Position numbers and translations under genes: made by a program | In this document: positions 41,961 through 54,942 of the stretch, piece after piece | Layout: each line of letters opens with the position of its first letter | Position numbering within the stretch: position 1 is the first letter of the stretch | Notes under the pieces: model-generated | What the model was told of the DNA's origin: nothing | The model's database searches: none | The model's input: only the letters and a program-made list of their open reading frames with translations | Origin: Eledone cirrhosa | Taxonomy: Eukaryota | Assembly: GCA_964016885.1 (NCBI GenBank) | Contig: OZ024743.1 | Location: forward strand, 232,562,001-232,626,000 | DNA length: 64,000 nucleotides | Reading direction: 5' to 3'

Positions 41961-42124
41961 CGAGACATTTGTAACAGTGAAAGAGAGAGAACACCAACGC
42001 ACACAAGCACCTCATACCAATAGACAACATAATTTAGTGAGAATCCTTTCATTATAGATACTTATTATTTATTTTATATTTTTGTAGTATTTTCCTGCAT
42101 TTTACTTGCGTTGACGCGTTTCGT

Positions 42125-42398
42125 TTCGTCTTCTTCATGAGAGGGTAGTAGAGGGATTCCTCAAACGCTCCTTCCTGCGGATACTATCAGAAGCAACCGT
42201 CTCCAACTGATCCGGCTGGATCCTCAAATCTGAACAGCCAATCTCATGTCTACCTCTGGGACTCCAGACGATTGGTTTTGCCCGTAAAATCTGTCCAGTG
42301 AATTTTCCTGAGATATTCCAACCACATGCCCATAGTATCGGAGCTATGATCTCTCAATACGGAAAAGTAACGGCTCTGCCTGGAGTGACTCTCTGATC
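42125..42398 (-). mobile_element. RTE-clade 3' end fragment
   Basis: IRESLQAEPLLFRIERS*LRYYGHV. Confidence 0.7.
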
Positions 42399-42533
42399 TC
42401 CATATTCTTTGTTTTACTTAAGAAATGTAATATATTTTCTTTTGTTATGTCTTTTTTTCTAGATATTCATTGCCAACGTTGTTTTCTTGTATTTGATATT
42501 CCTATGTAAATAAGTATGTTTTCCAATGTAATT

Positions 42534-42712
42534 AATTGTTTCTACTATTAGCACAAGGCCAGCAATTAACCAGTACATTACTTGTACTTTATTTTATCGA
42601 CCCTGTAAGGATGAAAGGCAAAGTTAACCTCGGCGGGATTTGAACTCAGAATGGCAAGGGCCGTAACTCTATGCGTCAAAGCATGGCATCCGACCCTCTA
42701 CCGATATTGCCA
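42534..42712 (-). mobile_element. Main SINE
   Basis: Family match. Confidence 0.9.
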
Positions 42713-43330
42713 GTAATTAATGTGGCTTCTTTATATATCATTTTGTTTAACCCGGCAAAATGTGTGTTCCTTAAATCTGAGTGACCAGATTTGTGTTTCT
42801 GATCGATGGTGTAAGATTAAGATCGTTTTCGGAAAAACTTTCGTTGGTTCATAAGATATTTTCTGATGATTTTCATTTTATAATTATTTTCTCCTTCATA
42901 TCATTGCCATATTTATGATTCACATCCTTATAAATTATATTTCTCATATCTTCCTCGTATTTCCTTTTACTTATTTGGAAGGGAGAGAGGGAGCTTCCGC
43001 ACAATTTCTATCCACCAAATTTCTCTCATGTGGCAATAATCAAACCGAAACTATATGTTAAAAACAATTGTCCAGGTGACCGCGAGATGAAATAGAACTT
43101 AGAACTACTTGATTTTGAAGCGATCTGCTGAAATAATATTTTGTGTATTTATCACAGTGTAACCGAAACAGATTAAAAAGAAACAAGTTTAATAATAGCA
43201 ACATTAAATAATCAAAGAAAAAATAACAGTAGAAAGAATATGTTATACAACATAGCAACACAACAGGAGTTATGAAATAAATAATTGCCAGAAGTAAAAT
43301 AATCATAAATGATAAATTTTTTCTTATCAG

Positions 43331-44157
43331 AAACTACACAAACACCAGAAGCAGCAGCAGCAGCAACAGCAACAAGAACAAGAACAACAACAACAACAAC
43401 AACAGCAGCAACCACACCAAAAACAACAACAACAGCAACCACACCAAAAACGACAACAACAGCAACCACAGCAAAAACAACAACAACAGCAACCACACCA
43501 AAAACAACAACAACAACAACAACAACCACACCAAAAACAACAACAACAACAGCAACTACACCACCAACAACAACAACAACAACAACGACACCACAAACAA
43601 CAACAACAACAACAACCACAACAACAACAGCAACAGCAACCACACCAAAAACAACAACAACCACAAAAACAACAACAGCAACCACACCAAAAAAAACCAC
43701 ACCACAAACAACAACAACAACAACAACAACCACACCACAAACAACACAACAACAACAACAACAACACCACAAAAAACGCCACAAACAACACAACAACAAC
43801 AACAACAACAACAACACCAAAAACGCCAAAAACAACAACAACAACAACAACGACACCAAAAACAACAACAACAACAGCAGCAACCACACCAAAAACAACA
43901 ACAACAACAACAACACCAAAGACAACAACAACAACAACGGCAACCACAACAAAAACAACAACAACAACATCACCATCATCAACAACATCAACATCATCAT
44001 CAACATCACCATCACCATCAATATCAACAACATCACTATCATCAACAACAGTATCACCGTCATCATCAACATCACCATCATCATCAACAACATCACCATC
44101 ATCATCACCATCATCATCAACAACATCACCGTCATCAACCACAACAACCACAACCAT

Positions 44158-44188
<31 letters not shown>

Positions 44189-44213
44189 GTAACAGCAAGA
44201 GACATACAATACA
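43331..44213 (+). CDS. Candidate Thr/Ser/Pro-rich mucin exon with two apparent 1-nt frameshifts
   Basis: Acceptor TTTTTTCTTATCAG. Almost all codons are NCA (TTPKTTTTA repeats, then TTSPSSTTS). Ends TVTARDIQY at a phase-1 donor GTAATT. 883 nt; restoring two As near 43747 and 43791 gives one open frame. Confidence 0.5.
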
Positions 44214-44307
44214 GTAATTATTCTATTGTAGTCTGATTGTATGTATATAACATCATAATAATGTATCTTTCCCACCAGGATCTCATCGAAACAAACTTAA
44301 TCACAAG

Positions 44308-44722
44308 TTAGATCCAAATAATTGTTTCTACTTTTGGCACAGGGCCAGCAATTACCCTAGTACATTACTGTACTTTATTTTATCGACCCCGTGAGGATGA
44401 AAGAAAAGTTAACCTCGACGGGATTTTAACTCAGACCTAAAAGGGACGTAACTATGCTGGAAAGCATGGCGTCTGAACCTAGACCGACACTGCCAATTCA
44501 CCGCGCCTTAGATCCAAATAATTGTTTCTACTTTAGGCACAAGGCCAGCAATTACCCAGTGCATTACTGGTACTTTATTTTATCGACCCCGTAAGGATGA
44601 AAGGCAAAGTCAACCTCGGCGGGATTTGAACTCAGATCGTAAAGGGACGTAACTATGCTGAAAAGCATGGCGTCCGACCCTCTACCGATACTGCCAATCC
44701 ACCGCCCTTAGATCCAAATAAT
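44308..44722 (-). mobile_element. Two head-to-tail SINEs with a triplicated 15-bp target site
   Basis: TTAGATCCAAATAAT at 44308, 44508 and 44708. Confidence 0.92.
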
Positions 44723-44995
44723 GCTTAAGTAAAGTTGTCGGAGCTAGTTACATTTAGTTTCGTACTTTGTAATTAACAGAGCTGTTGTCTGATAAGTAAA
44801 ATAAACAAGCTTATAACTATAAATTATATGTTACCGCTCACTCTTTCTCTTTCTCTCTTGCCATATCTCTCTTTCTCTTACTCTCTCATTCTATTTCTCT
44901 GTTTATATCTCTCACATTCTACCCGTGTCACTCGATTTATGTGTATGTCTGTATCCATCAACTCTAAGCCGATGGTGGTCCATCTCCTATGTGTG

Positions 44996-45103
<108 letters not shown>

Positions 45104-45422
45104 TATGTACACATACATACATATATGTATACAGACGTACAGTAGTATGTATATATATATACATACATGCACACATATATATATATGTACGTATGGATTC
45201 ACCGAACATTTATTATAATGCTCGGCGTGTTTGTAAACAAACATCCCGTATTAAGCCGTGGTGTTTAGCAACCATCGTTGCTCATTTGTTCAACACTGAC
45301 AAAGGAACGCTGTACTAGTTTCAAGCTTATTAGCTATCGTCAGCAACGTATACCTTCCTGCCAGATTGTTTAAGTACCAGCCGTACTAAGAGTGGGAAAT
45401 GAAATTTCGTTTCATTTTTTCT

Positions 45423-45486
<64 letters not shown>

Positions 45487-45685
45487 AATGAGTTAAAGAC
45501 TTCGTTGATATGTAATCAACTGACTTATGTTGATAACAGATACAAAGCAGACAACTAGTATACTAATTTTGTCTGAAGAAGGCATGCTCTGATTTATGTT
45601 AAACATGAATTTTTACATCCCCGAAACATAACATATATAATGAAATAAATAGTGATATTATAAAATTATATATTTCGTTTATTAC

Positions 45686-45749
<64 letters not shown>

Positions 45750-45754
<5 letters not shown>

Positions 45755-45799
45755 ATATTAAATAAATGGAAACTAGTTTCCATTTATTTAATATCATTG
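45750..45799. repeat. Perfect 50-bp palindrome abutting (TA)n
   Basis: CAATGATATTAAATAAATGGAAACT/AGTTTCCATTTATTTAATATCATTG. Confidence 0.95.
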
Positions 45800-45971
45800 A
45801 ATATTTACTCCAGAAAACTGTCGAATGCTCTGAATCAGTTATAAACATTTGTTGAATTTCCAACAAATTAATTATCCCTTCTACTTATGTATATATATAT
45901 ATATATATTGATTCCTGATGATTTCTAAAGAATGAAACAGTTCTAGTCCTGTACAATCTCATCTATATTAA

Positions 45972-46002
<31 letters not shown>

Positions 46003-46136
46003 AGTAAGTATATTTTGAAACAGTCAGCAGGTTTGAAATTAGAAAATATATAGCTTTCACCGTATTTTTGACTAAAGGAATTTTAGCCTGATAATGGGGT
46101 TTAGAACCTTCAGATAAATGGAAAAAAGATGAGCAT

Positions 46137-46207
46137 TGACGTACATGGGAGTCGAACCCACATCTTTGGTTATCGCGACCACTGTGCTACCATTACACCA
46201 ACACATC
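46137..46207 (-). tRNA. tRNA-like sequence or pseudogene
   Basis: Cloverleaf: acceptor GATGTGT/GTACGTC, D arm GTGT-AATGGTA-GCAC, T arm GTGGG-TTCGACT-CCCAT. Anticodon loop CGCGATA lacks U33. A T6 Pol III terminator follows. Confidence 0.65.
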
Positions 46208-46328
46208 ACCCAAACATATATATATATAAACAAGAGGTATAACTCAACATTTCATAATTTACTTCTTTCTGATTACATATTTATATATTTATATAGAGCA
46301 AACATCACGGGCGCTCTATCTCAAAATT

Positions 46329-46366
46329 ATTTTTGAAAAGCATTAGAAATGCGCAACCGGTAAAAA
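46329..46366 (+). ncRNA. U3-A8 minimal hammerhead relic
   Basis: TTGAAAA-GCATT-AGA-AATGC-GCAA (GAAA mutated)-CCGG-TA-AAAA. Confidence 0.55.
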
Positions 46367-46760
46367 CTTAATACCAAAACTGAATACTAACCAATACTAT
46401 TACTAATTTTTACTTATTCCTAATTAAACTATTTTTCACATCATAACTCGTGTGTTACACCTCTATTCTTTTAAATATATATATATATATATATAAGAGG
46501 GTGTTAAAGTTTGCTTGAAGCATTGTGAAATGTGTAAAATACGTAGTTAAGAAAGCCACAACAATGCAGAGGGAAATCTCGAGGTAGGAAGTGAAAGATA
46601 GATAGGAAAAACAGGTGAAAGTGAAAATTGAGAGAGACAAAGATGAAAACAAAATAAAGGTAGAAGGGTTACCGTAGTAGAGATTTAATCCCAATATTTC
46701 GGGCTCACGCCCATCAACGGGGGAAAGTTCCAAAAGGGGGGGGGGAACAGGCCAAGCGGA

Positions 46761-46796
46761 GAAAGTTGTGATGTCGTTAACGACATCACAACTTTC
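46761..46796. repeat. Perfect 36-bp palindrome
   Basis: GAAAGTTGTGATGTCGTT/AACGACATCACAACTTTC. Confidence 0.95.
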
Positions 46797-47400
46797 AGTT
46801 TATCTGATTATGCTGTTGGTTGGTGATCAAACTTTGTGATGAAGAATATCTCATTTTGATGAGTAGTCTGCAACAGACGGAGTGAGCGTCTAGGAGGAAC
46901 ATATATAAAAAACCCTACTTGAAAGACCTTTTCACACGCAATCAAGTAATATACTTGACACTCACAGATATTCGTCTGAAAATTAACGTGGAAATACATA
47001 TACCAAAATATGTCATATTTCTTACTGACAACAGACCTACCAACCTCTAAAAACCCAAGCGGGGAGTACCATGAAAAAATGTCCCCCAAAACAGGGAGAA
47101 ATGAGGCAAAATGGGGAAATTTTACATAATTAAAGCTATACCCATTTTCACAAGAGAAAACATCTCTCACCTACCCGACCTCAGATTTTGTGATATTAAA
47201 TAATATACTTTTGAGAGTCGATGTAAAATTTCCTTACTAGTTCTTAAGTGTGACATGTGATTTAGTTCTTTTGTGCGACATTAGAAAATTTAATTTATAC
47301 ATTTTTATTAATATTTTTCGAAAACCAACAGTTTATCTTTCACACAGGGTTCGAATTATAATGAAGATAAAGTAGATGATGATTGTGATGTTGCTGTTAA

Positions 47401-47605
47401 CAATGGTTTCTACTTTAGGCACAAGGCCAGCAATTTTAGGGGAGGGGAAAGTCGATTAAATCGATCCCAGCATATTACAAGTACTTTATTTTATCGACCC
47501 CGTAAAGATGAAAGGCAAATCTTACCTCGGCGGGATTTGAACTCAGAACGTAAAGGGCAGTAACTGTATGCTGCAGAGCATGTAGCATACAGTTACGACC
47601 CTTTA
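47401..47605 (-). mobile_element. SINE (older, longer subfamily) with a 5' hairpin
   Basis: Family core plus an extra GGGGAGGGGAAAGTCGATTAAATCGA segment. Inverted duplication at 47552-47605. Confidence 0.85.
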
Positions 47606-48341
47606 ATAATAATAATAATAATATTAATGATGGTGATAATTACTTCGTTGATGATGTTGATGGATATAATTATAAAGACGTATCTATGTTTTGGCATTGC
47701 TTTATATTTTGTTTTTATTTATTTATTTAAAAGGCATGAAGAACAGAGCATCGACAGAATGTGTTCAAATTACATTCAATTGCAACTTTATAATTGATGA
47801 TACTGCGCATGTCAGAATAATAGTTTGCACTGACCTGATTCATATATTTGTTTCTGTTGTTTTGTTTTTTTGTTTGTTTCTTTTTTGTTTTTTTTTGCTT
47901 TGTTTTTTTGTTTTTTTGTGGGTGGGGAGAGATTTTTTTTACCTCTTCCATTGTTATGTTGAAACATTTTTCCATAGAAAATTTGAACAGTTTGTAAAAT
48001 TTTAACACGAAGAAAATGAAAAATAAGCAAAAATTAATTTGAGCAAACTTAGAAAAATATAGCAAAAATAATTTATTAAATAAAAAGAAGCAAAAAATAA
48101 ACAACTAAAACGAAAGAAAATACACTCTTGTTATTTGTGTTTTACCTGTTACATTATGTAATGTTTTTTATTCGTTTAGGTAATATTGTTGCATTTTTGT
48201 ATTATTCTATATATCATATCTTATGCAATTTTGTAATCTATACATATATATATATAAGTATAACAATACAATATTTATATATATATATATATGTGTGTGT
48301 GTGTATGTATATATATATATGTGTATATATATGTGTATATA

Positions 48342-48443
<102 letters not shown>

Positions 48444-48520
48444 TATAATAATATATATGTATATATACATATATATATATATACTCATACACATACACAT
48501 ACATATATGTGTGTGTGTGT

Positions 48521-48672
<152 letters not shown>

Positions 48673-49206
48673 AGAAAAATAGGTTAAAAGAAATGAGCAG
48701 AATATCAACAACAACAAAAAGCGTCAAGAAGAAAAAACAATCTGAAAAAGAGGAATGGAAAAACAATCTTCAGAAGAAAAAAAAGGGAGGAGGGGAAATC
48801 ACAACAACGACGATGATAACGACTGTGAAAGCAATAATAACATCAATTCTTGAAAAAATATATAAATGTTCAATAATGTTTTCTATATCTACCATTTTGA
48901 AACGTAAATATATAATTTATTTTCAAAAAAAAATGTTGTACTTTTGAATATATGTATATATAAATATAGATATAGATATATGTATGGATGTAAATCTGTG
49001 TTTGGCAGCGTGTATTTAGAACTTTATGTATGTGCGATGTATGTATGTAAGCAAATTAAAATTTGGTATAATCTTTAAAAAAAAAAAAAATAATGTCTTG
49101 GAAAAAGTTTCAGAAGAACAAGAAAATAAACAACAAAAACAATTGCAGCAATGACAACAAGAACTACAACAATAACAACAACAACAACAACAATAACAAC
49201 AAAATC

Positions 49207-49253
<47 letters not shown>

Positions 49254-49446
49254 TAACAACAAAAGTAACTGAAATAGCAGCATCATAACAGCAGTAACGA
49301 TAGTAACATGATATCGAAAAAAAAAATTGAAAATTACATCGACAAAAATAGAGATGAATGATAATAATGTCAACAACATTATATCAGCAAGAAAAACAAC
49401 CTCTATAACAATAAACCATAAGAAAGTCAACAGGTACAATAATCAC

Positions 49447-50820
49447 AATTGTTTCTACTTTTGGCACAAGGCCGGGCAATAACCCGGTGTATTACTGGTA
49501 CTTTATTTTATCGACCCCGTAAGGATGAAAGGCAAAGTTAACCTCGGCGGGATTTGAACTCAGATCATAAAGGGCCGTAACTCTATGCGGCAAAGCATGG
49601 CGTCCGACCCTCTACCGATACAGCCAATCCACCGCATAATAACTGTTTCTACTTTTGGCACAAGGCCTGCCATTACCCCAGTGTATTACTGGTACTTTAT
49701 TTTATCGACCCCGTAAGGATGAAAGGCAAAGTTAACCTCGGGGGGATTTAAACTCAGATCATAAAGGGCAAAGCATGGCGTCCGACCTCTACCGATACTG
49801 CCAATCCACCGCATAATAACAATAACAGGATTGAAGATACTTGTTCCGGTTCTTCATGTTCGGAATTCAAATCCGGTCGAGGTCACTTTTACTCTTCATC
49901 ATTCCGAGGTTGTTAAAATAAAATACTACTTAATCCTTTAGTCTTTACATTACTCTATATTTACTATTATATTTTCACAGTAAAGGCTTTATTTTGTACA
50001 ATTATCTCACATAATAGCGAATCAATGAGATTTTGATATTATTTATTTTGAGAACAATACTCCGGCAATAATCATGAGCGGTCGGTTACAGTCGGTTTGA
50101 ACAGAAAGAGGGGAGAGAATTCTGGCTGGATATGCCTGGCTTAAATACAAAAGGGTTAAGTTCCGTGGTCGATATAATACACTTTGGTTTCCCATGCCCA
50201 CCGAATTACAGACATTCTGCCAATAGTAGAAATCATTATTATGGCGATGGATTGGCAGTATCGATAGAAGGTCGGCCCTTCACGGTCTGAGTTCAAATCC
50301 CGCTGAGGTTAACTTTGCCTTTCATCCTTACGGGGTCGATAAAATAAAGTACCAGTAATGCACTTGGATAATTGCTGGCCTCGTGCAAAAAGTAGAAACA
50401 ATTATTATGGGGATCTATTGGCAAAATCGGTGGAGTGTCGGACAATATGCTTTGCGGCATAGAGTTGCAGTCCTTTACGCTCTGATTTCAAATCCTACCG
50501 AGATTAGCTTTGCCTTTCATTATTATAAGCACCAGTAACGCACTGGGATCGATTTAATCGACTTCTCCTCCCCAAAAATTGCTGGCCTTGTGCCTATATA
50601 AGAAACCATTATTGCGGTGGTGGGTTGGTGGAAACGGGAGAGCATCGGATGATATGCATTTCGGTATTTAGTTATGATTTTCTACATTGTTAGTTCAAAT
50701 CCGACCGTGGTTAGCTTTTCTCTTTATCCCTATGAGGTCGATAAAATAAAGTACTAGTAATCGACTTCCCCACCTCCCTTCAAGTTCCTGGGTTTTTATT
50801 TATATTAGAAACAATTATTA
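49447..50820. mobile_element. SINE cluster: 49447-49635 (-), 49640-49812 (-), ~49825-49930 (+, degenerate), 50242-50405 (+), 50408-50612 (+), 50613-50820 (+)
   Basis: Repeated family core and GTAGAAACAATT tails in (ATT)-rich sites. Confidence 0.88.
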
Positions 50821-50846
50821 TTAAACAGGGATGATGATGTAATATT

Positions 50847-51162
50847 GAAGAAGAAGAAGAAGAAGAAGAAGAAGAAGAAGAAGAAGAAGAAGAAGAAGAA
50901 GAAGAAGAAGAAGAAGAAGAAGAAGAAGAAGAAGAAGAGGAGGAGGAGGGAGAAAGAAAAGAGAAAGAAAGAAAGAAAGAATGTCAGAAAGAACGACAGA
51001 AAGAACGAAAGAATGAAGGAAAGAAATAAAAAAGAAAGAAAAAGAGAAAAGAATGAAAAAAGAAAGAAAAAGAGAAAAGAAAGAAAGGAAGAAAGAAAGA
51101 AAGAAGGAGAGAAAGAAGGAAAGAAAGAAAGAAAGGAAGAAAGAAGAAGAGAAAGAAGGGAA

Positions 51163-51219
<57 letters not shown>

Positions 51220-51220
51220 G
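50847..51220. repeat. (GAA)n/(GAAA)n polypurine tract
   Basis: Seen directly. Confidence 0.97.
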
Positions 51221-51373
51221 TGATAAAGAAGTGATGGGATAAAAAGAATATTTTATAGAAATATTTGGCGCCATAAACACAATAGCGAAGTACTTTAGAA
51301 GAAGCTCCAAGTTCAAAATTGTCTGCTATTACTAATGGAATGTTATAAAAACTTCGAGAATAGCATATGATGC

Positions 51374-51442
<69 letters not shown>

Positions 51443-51836
51443 TGTGTGTGTGCGTGCGAACGTGTGTTGCGCGTGTGTAGAAAGACGAAAGACATATTGG
51501 GGTATGTATGTATATAGATAGATAGATAGATAAATACATACATACATACATATTGACATGCATATACTTTATATATGGATATATATATATATATATATGA
51601 AAAAATGGGGAGATATATATATATATAATATGGTCTCCATGAATATAGTACATTAAATATATTGTTGAAGAAGAATACTCACACAAATTATTTAAGCCTT
51701 CATTCAGCAAGTATGATCTAACCGAATATTTTAGATTTTAAGCGCGATTCTCACCGAAATATAAAATTTTCGTTTCACGTAGAGATACAAGAATTTTCTT
51801 ATTTCGTTTCGTTTAATTTTTTCAAAATCTTATTGA

Positions 51837-51936
<100 letters not shown>

Positions 51937-52406
51937 CGTGCATGTGTGTGTGTGTTTTACCTTGTAATATTATTTTAACAAATGTGGGATGTTGCAACTC
52001 ATTCAAAATATGTAATAATGTAATAATATTAGCTATAAACTGAAAAGAAATTTTAACGAAAGATGGAATTCTATGAAAGACCATTTTATAATCCTGATTC
52101 GCTAACTAGCGCCGGATTTTTTATATCTGGATCTATGACTAAAAATGTGTGTATATTGTAATATGACAACAATCGATTTTAATATATATTATGTTTAAGA
52201 TGGGTGAAATTCTATTGGAGACTACCCTAACATAACAAAAAAAGACACACACATACACGCATGTGTGTGTGTGAGTGTGTGTGTGTGTGTGTATGAGTTT
52301 GTGTGTTTGTGCGTGTGTGTGTGTGTGTTTTTGTATGTATATATATTTCCACTTTTTCTTCCCCCTCCTCCTCCTCCTCCTCCTCCTTCTCCTTCCCATC
52401 ACTCTC

Positions 52407-52434
52407 CTGATGAAGTACTTATGCCCGAAACGTC
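52407..52434 (+). ncRNA. Neptune-type hammerhead relic in a pLTR remnant (~52240-52515)
   Basis: CTGATGA-A-GTAC-TTAT-GCCC-GAAA-CG-TC. Stem II is broken. The downstream sequence resembles 32210-32300. Confidence 0.7.
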
Positions 52435-52513
52435 GCACCCCCCACCACCCTCAATAAGCGTGAACCTAATACCTTTCGTAACTTTTACTCCTGCATTGTT
52501 GTTTTTTACTTTC

Positions 52514-52551
<38 letters not shown>

Positions 52552-53377
52552 TTATAACTCCTCTGTTACATTGAGTGCGAAAGTAAATCGGTTGTCGTGG
52601 AACCTTTTGTTTATTTAGATGTTTGCATTCGTTTACTATTTACGCTTGCTATATATGTGTTTGTGTGTGTGTGTGTGTTTGTGTGTAATTGTGTTTGTGT
52701 TTATGTGTGATTGTGTATTTGTGTGTGTTTAAATGTATATATGTATATATATTTTGTTTATTACTTAACATTAATTCCATACGAATTTTCATGCTCGAGA
52801 CATGAGATGTATTAATCGATTATATGCATAAACACGAAATATTTTTATATTATTTTATCAAATGTATAAAACACATGTAATTGATGAAGGTTGTGATTTA
52901 AAGAGAGAAAATACATTCCGATGAACGTGTAAAATATTTTATGTAATTGCCGCAATCCTAAAATGTGCCTTATGTGAGGTATATGTTCTAAAACATTATA
53001 GTATCAACGTAAAAGACCAGTAAAACAAAAAAGCTATATAGAGTTGCTATATAGAGTTTAGTGCAAATCCCTTTAAAATCGATTTTTGCTAAATATGTAT
53101 ACATTCAAACACCCAATAAGATAACTTCACTATTAAAGTTCTAACAGTCATAAGATCCATTGATATATCATTATAATGGTTTGTGTTGCGGGTGTTTTTA
53201 AGTTGGTTTCCTATTCATTTTTATTTGCTTCTTCTTGTCCCATCGCTATTCAAATATGTTATATATATATATATATATATATATAACGAAGGAAATGTGG
53301 TAAGGAACCAGGTGGACCATAACGCACCAAAGTACTCAATACTTGAGGTAGTAGAGTGGGTAATAGGAACCAGTAAG

Positions 53378-53471
53378 ACCCCGACAGCTGAGCTCAAGCC
53401 GTTTCGACGGCTAATTCTGGACTAAATGAAAATGTATCCTGGTATTTAAATAGCCGATCTTCTCAAGGGGT
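53378..53471 (-). ncRNA. Full type I hammerhead with U3-A8 core
   Basis: ACCCC-TTGAGAA-GATCGGCTA...TAGCCGTC-GAAA-CGGCT-TGAGCTC-AGCTG-TC-GGGGT. All three stems form; GUC site. Confidence 0.8.
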
Positions 53472-54942
53472 AATTCCATATATGGTCAAAGTGATTGTCA
53501 AAAATCAGTAGTAATTCTGTGGTTGCAAATTAGTAGGGGAGATGGTGGCTAAACCTGCCAGTAGGAGAAAGAGGGGAGGGGTGGAGTAAACCCAATCCAG
53601 CGTTGGTAGTGCCAGCTACAGCTGGGCATGAGGTCAAAGAAGATACAGGGGAGGGGGAGGGGAAGGAAGTCGGAACGGTAGGTAGAACAATGGGGGGTAG
53701 AAATAGGAAAGAAAAAGTACTGAGAGTGAAGAAAAGCAAATAAGTGTAAAGAAAAAAGTAAAGTAAATTAAATTCTACGACCTAGGTCTCAGGCTATTGT
53801 TAGGCTAGAATAAAATAAAGAAAGAAAGAAAGAAGTAAAGAAAGAAAGAAATAAAGAAATAACGAAATAAGTAAAAGAACTAGGTGGGACGGATAGGCAA
53901 GGACCCTTTTAAGAGGTATAAGTACGTAAATGATACGGTGACGGGTCAACAAAAGGGGCCAAAATACTAAAGAGACTACCACGAAATAAACAATAAAGGT
54001 TTCCATCCCGGGCCAGCAACGACCCAGTGCAGCAAAGTGAACTTGTACGAGATAATAATTCTGAGTCCCGAGAAAAATATATACTAATGCTAACTCTAAA
54101 AGATCTAAAACAAGCTACATGAAAGTTCGTACGAAATAAAGGTAGAATACGGAGAAATAAATTCAGAATCCTCCCCGCCCAGAAGAAAAGCGAAGCAAAA
54201 AATACTGAAACGAAAAAATAAGGCATAAGTGCCACTAAGAAATATAGAGGGCACCGAGAATAGTGGGAGCGGTCGGAAAAAGGGGGCAAGTATCCGGGGT
54301 CTAAGCCAACTGCTATAAAGGGCGGAGTCCGCCAAATCTATCATAGACTAGGGGAGGGGTGGTGGGGTTACTAAGGCTACATGGGGCCAAAGGGCAGCCT
54401 CGGGTGGGCGAGAAAAGACGCCGACAAAGGAGAAGAGCTGGGGTAGAAGGACTAAGGAGAGGGGGGGAAGGAAATAAAGGAAGCGATAAAAGAATACAAA
54501 GAAGATCTTACGTCTTCCTTGGCAAGCAGGGGTTACCCATTGCAAAATCGGCAAGTGGGGTGTTATAGCCCTAGTCTACCCCCCGGGTCATTATGGGGTT
54601 TGAGGGCGAGGTAAGTCCTACGCAATCTATGTTTACATGCAGTGACCAGTTCATCTTTCTTGTTTAGGAGTTGGTCCGTCGAAAACAGCATTTGTAAAGT
54701 TTCCTCCGAGCATAAATTGCACGGACGGCGTCCTCCCGTGTAAGAATTGGCTCTGGACAGTAATCTCCAAGTGAGATCATAGGTGATGTTGTTGTCCTTG
54801 AGGTCCCATATGTGGCCCGAAAGTGTAGTGGCGTGACGCCGGGCCGGGTTTCGGAAGGTATGTCTATGTTGGTATAGCCGGGTCTTGAAGTCACATGCGG
54901 TAAGTCCTATATAGGCTTTGTTGGAGGTATCCGTCCTCACGT

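Noticed and set aside
43212-44205. Minus-strand poly-Leu, poly-Val and poly-Cys ORFs, and the poly-Asn tail of the 302-aa plus ORF
   Set aside because: These are shadow or shifted frames of the Thr/Ser repeat.
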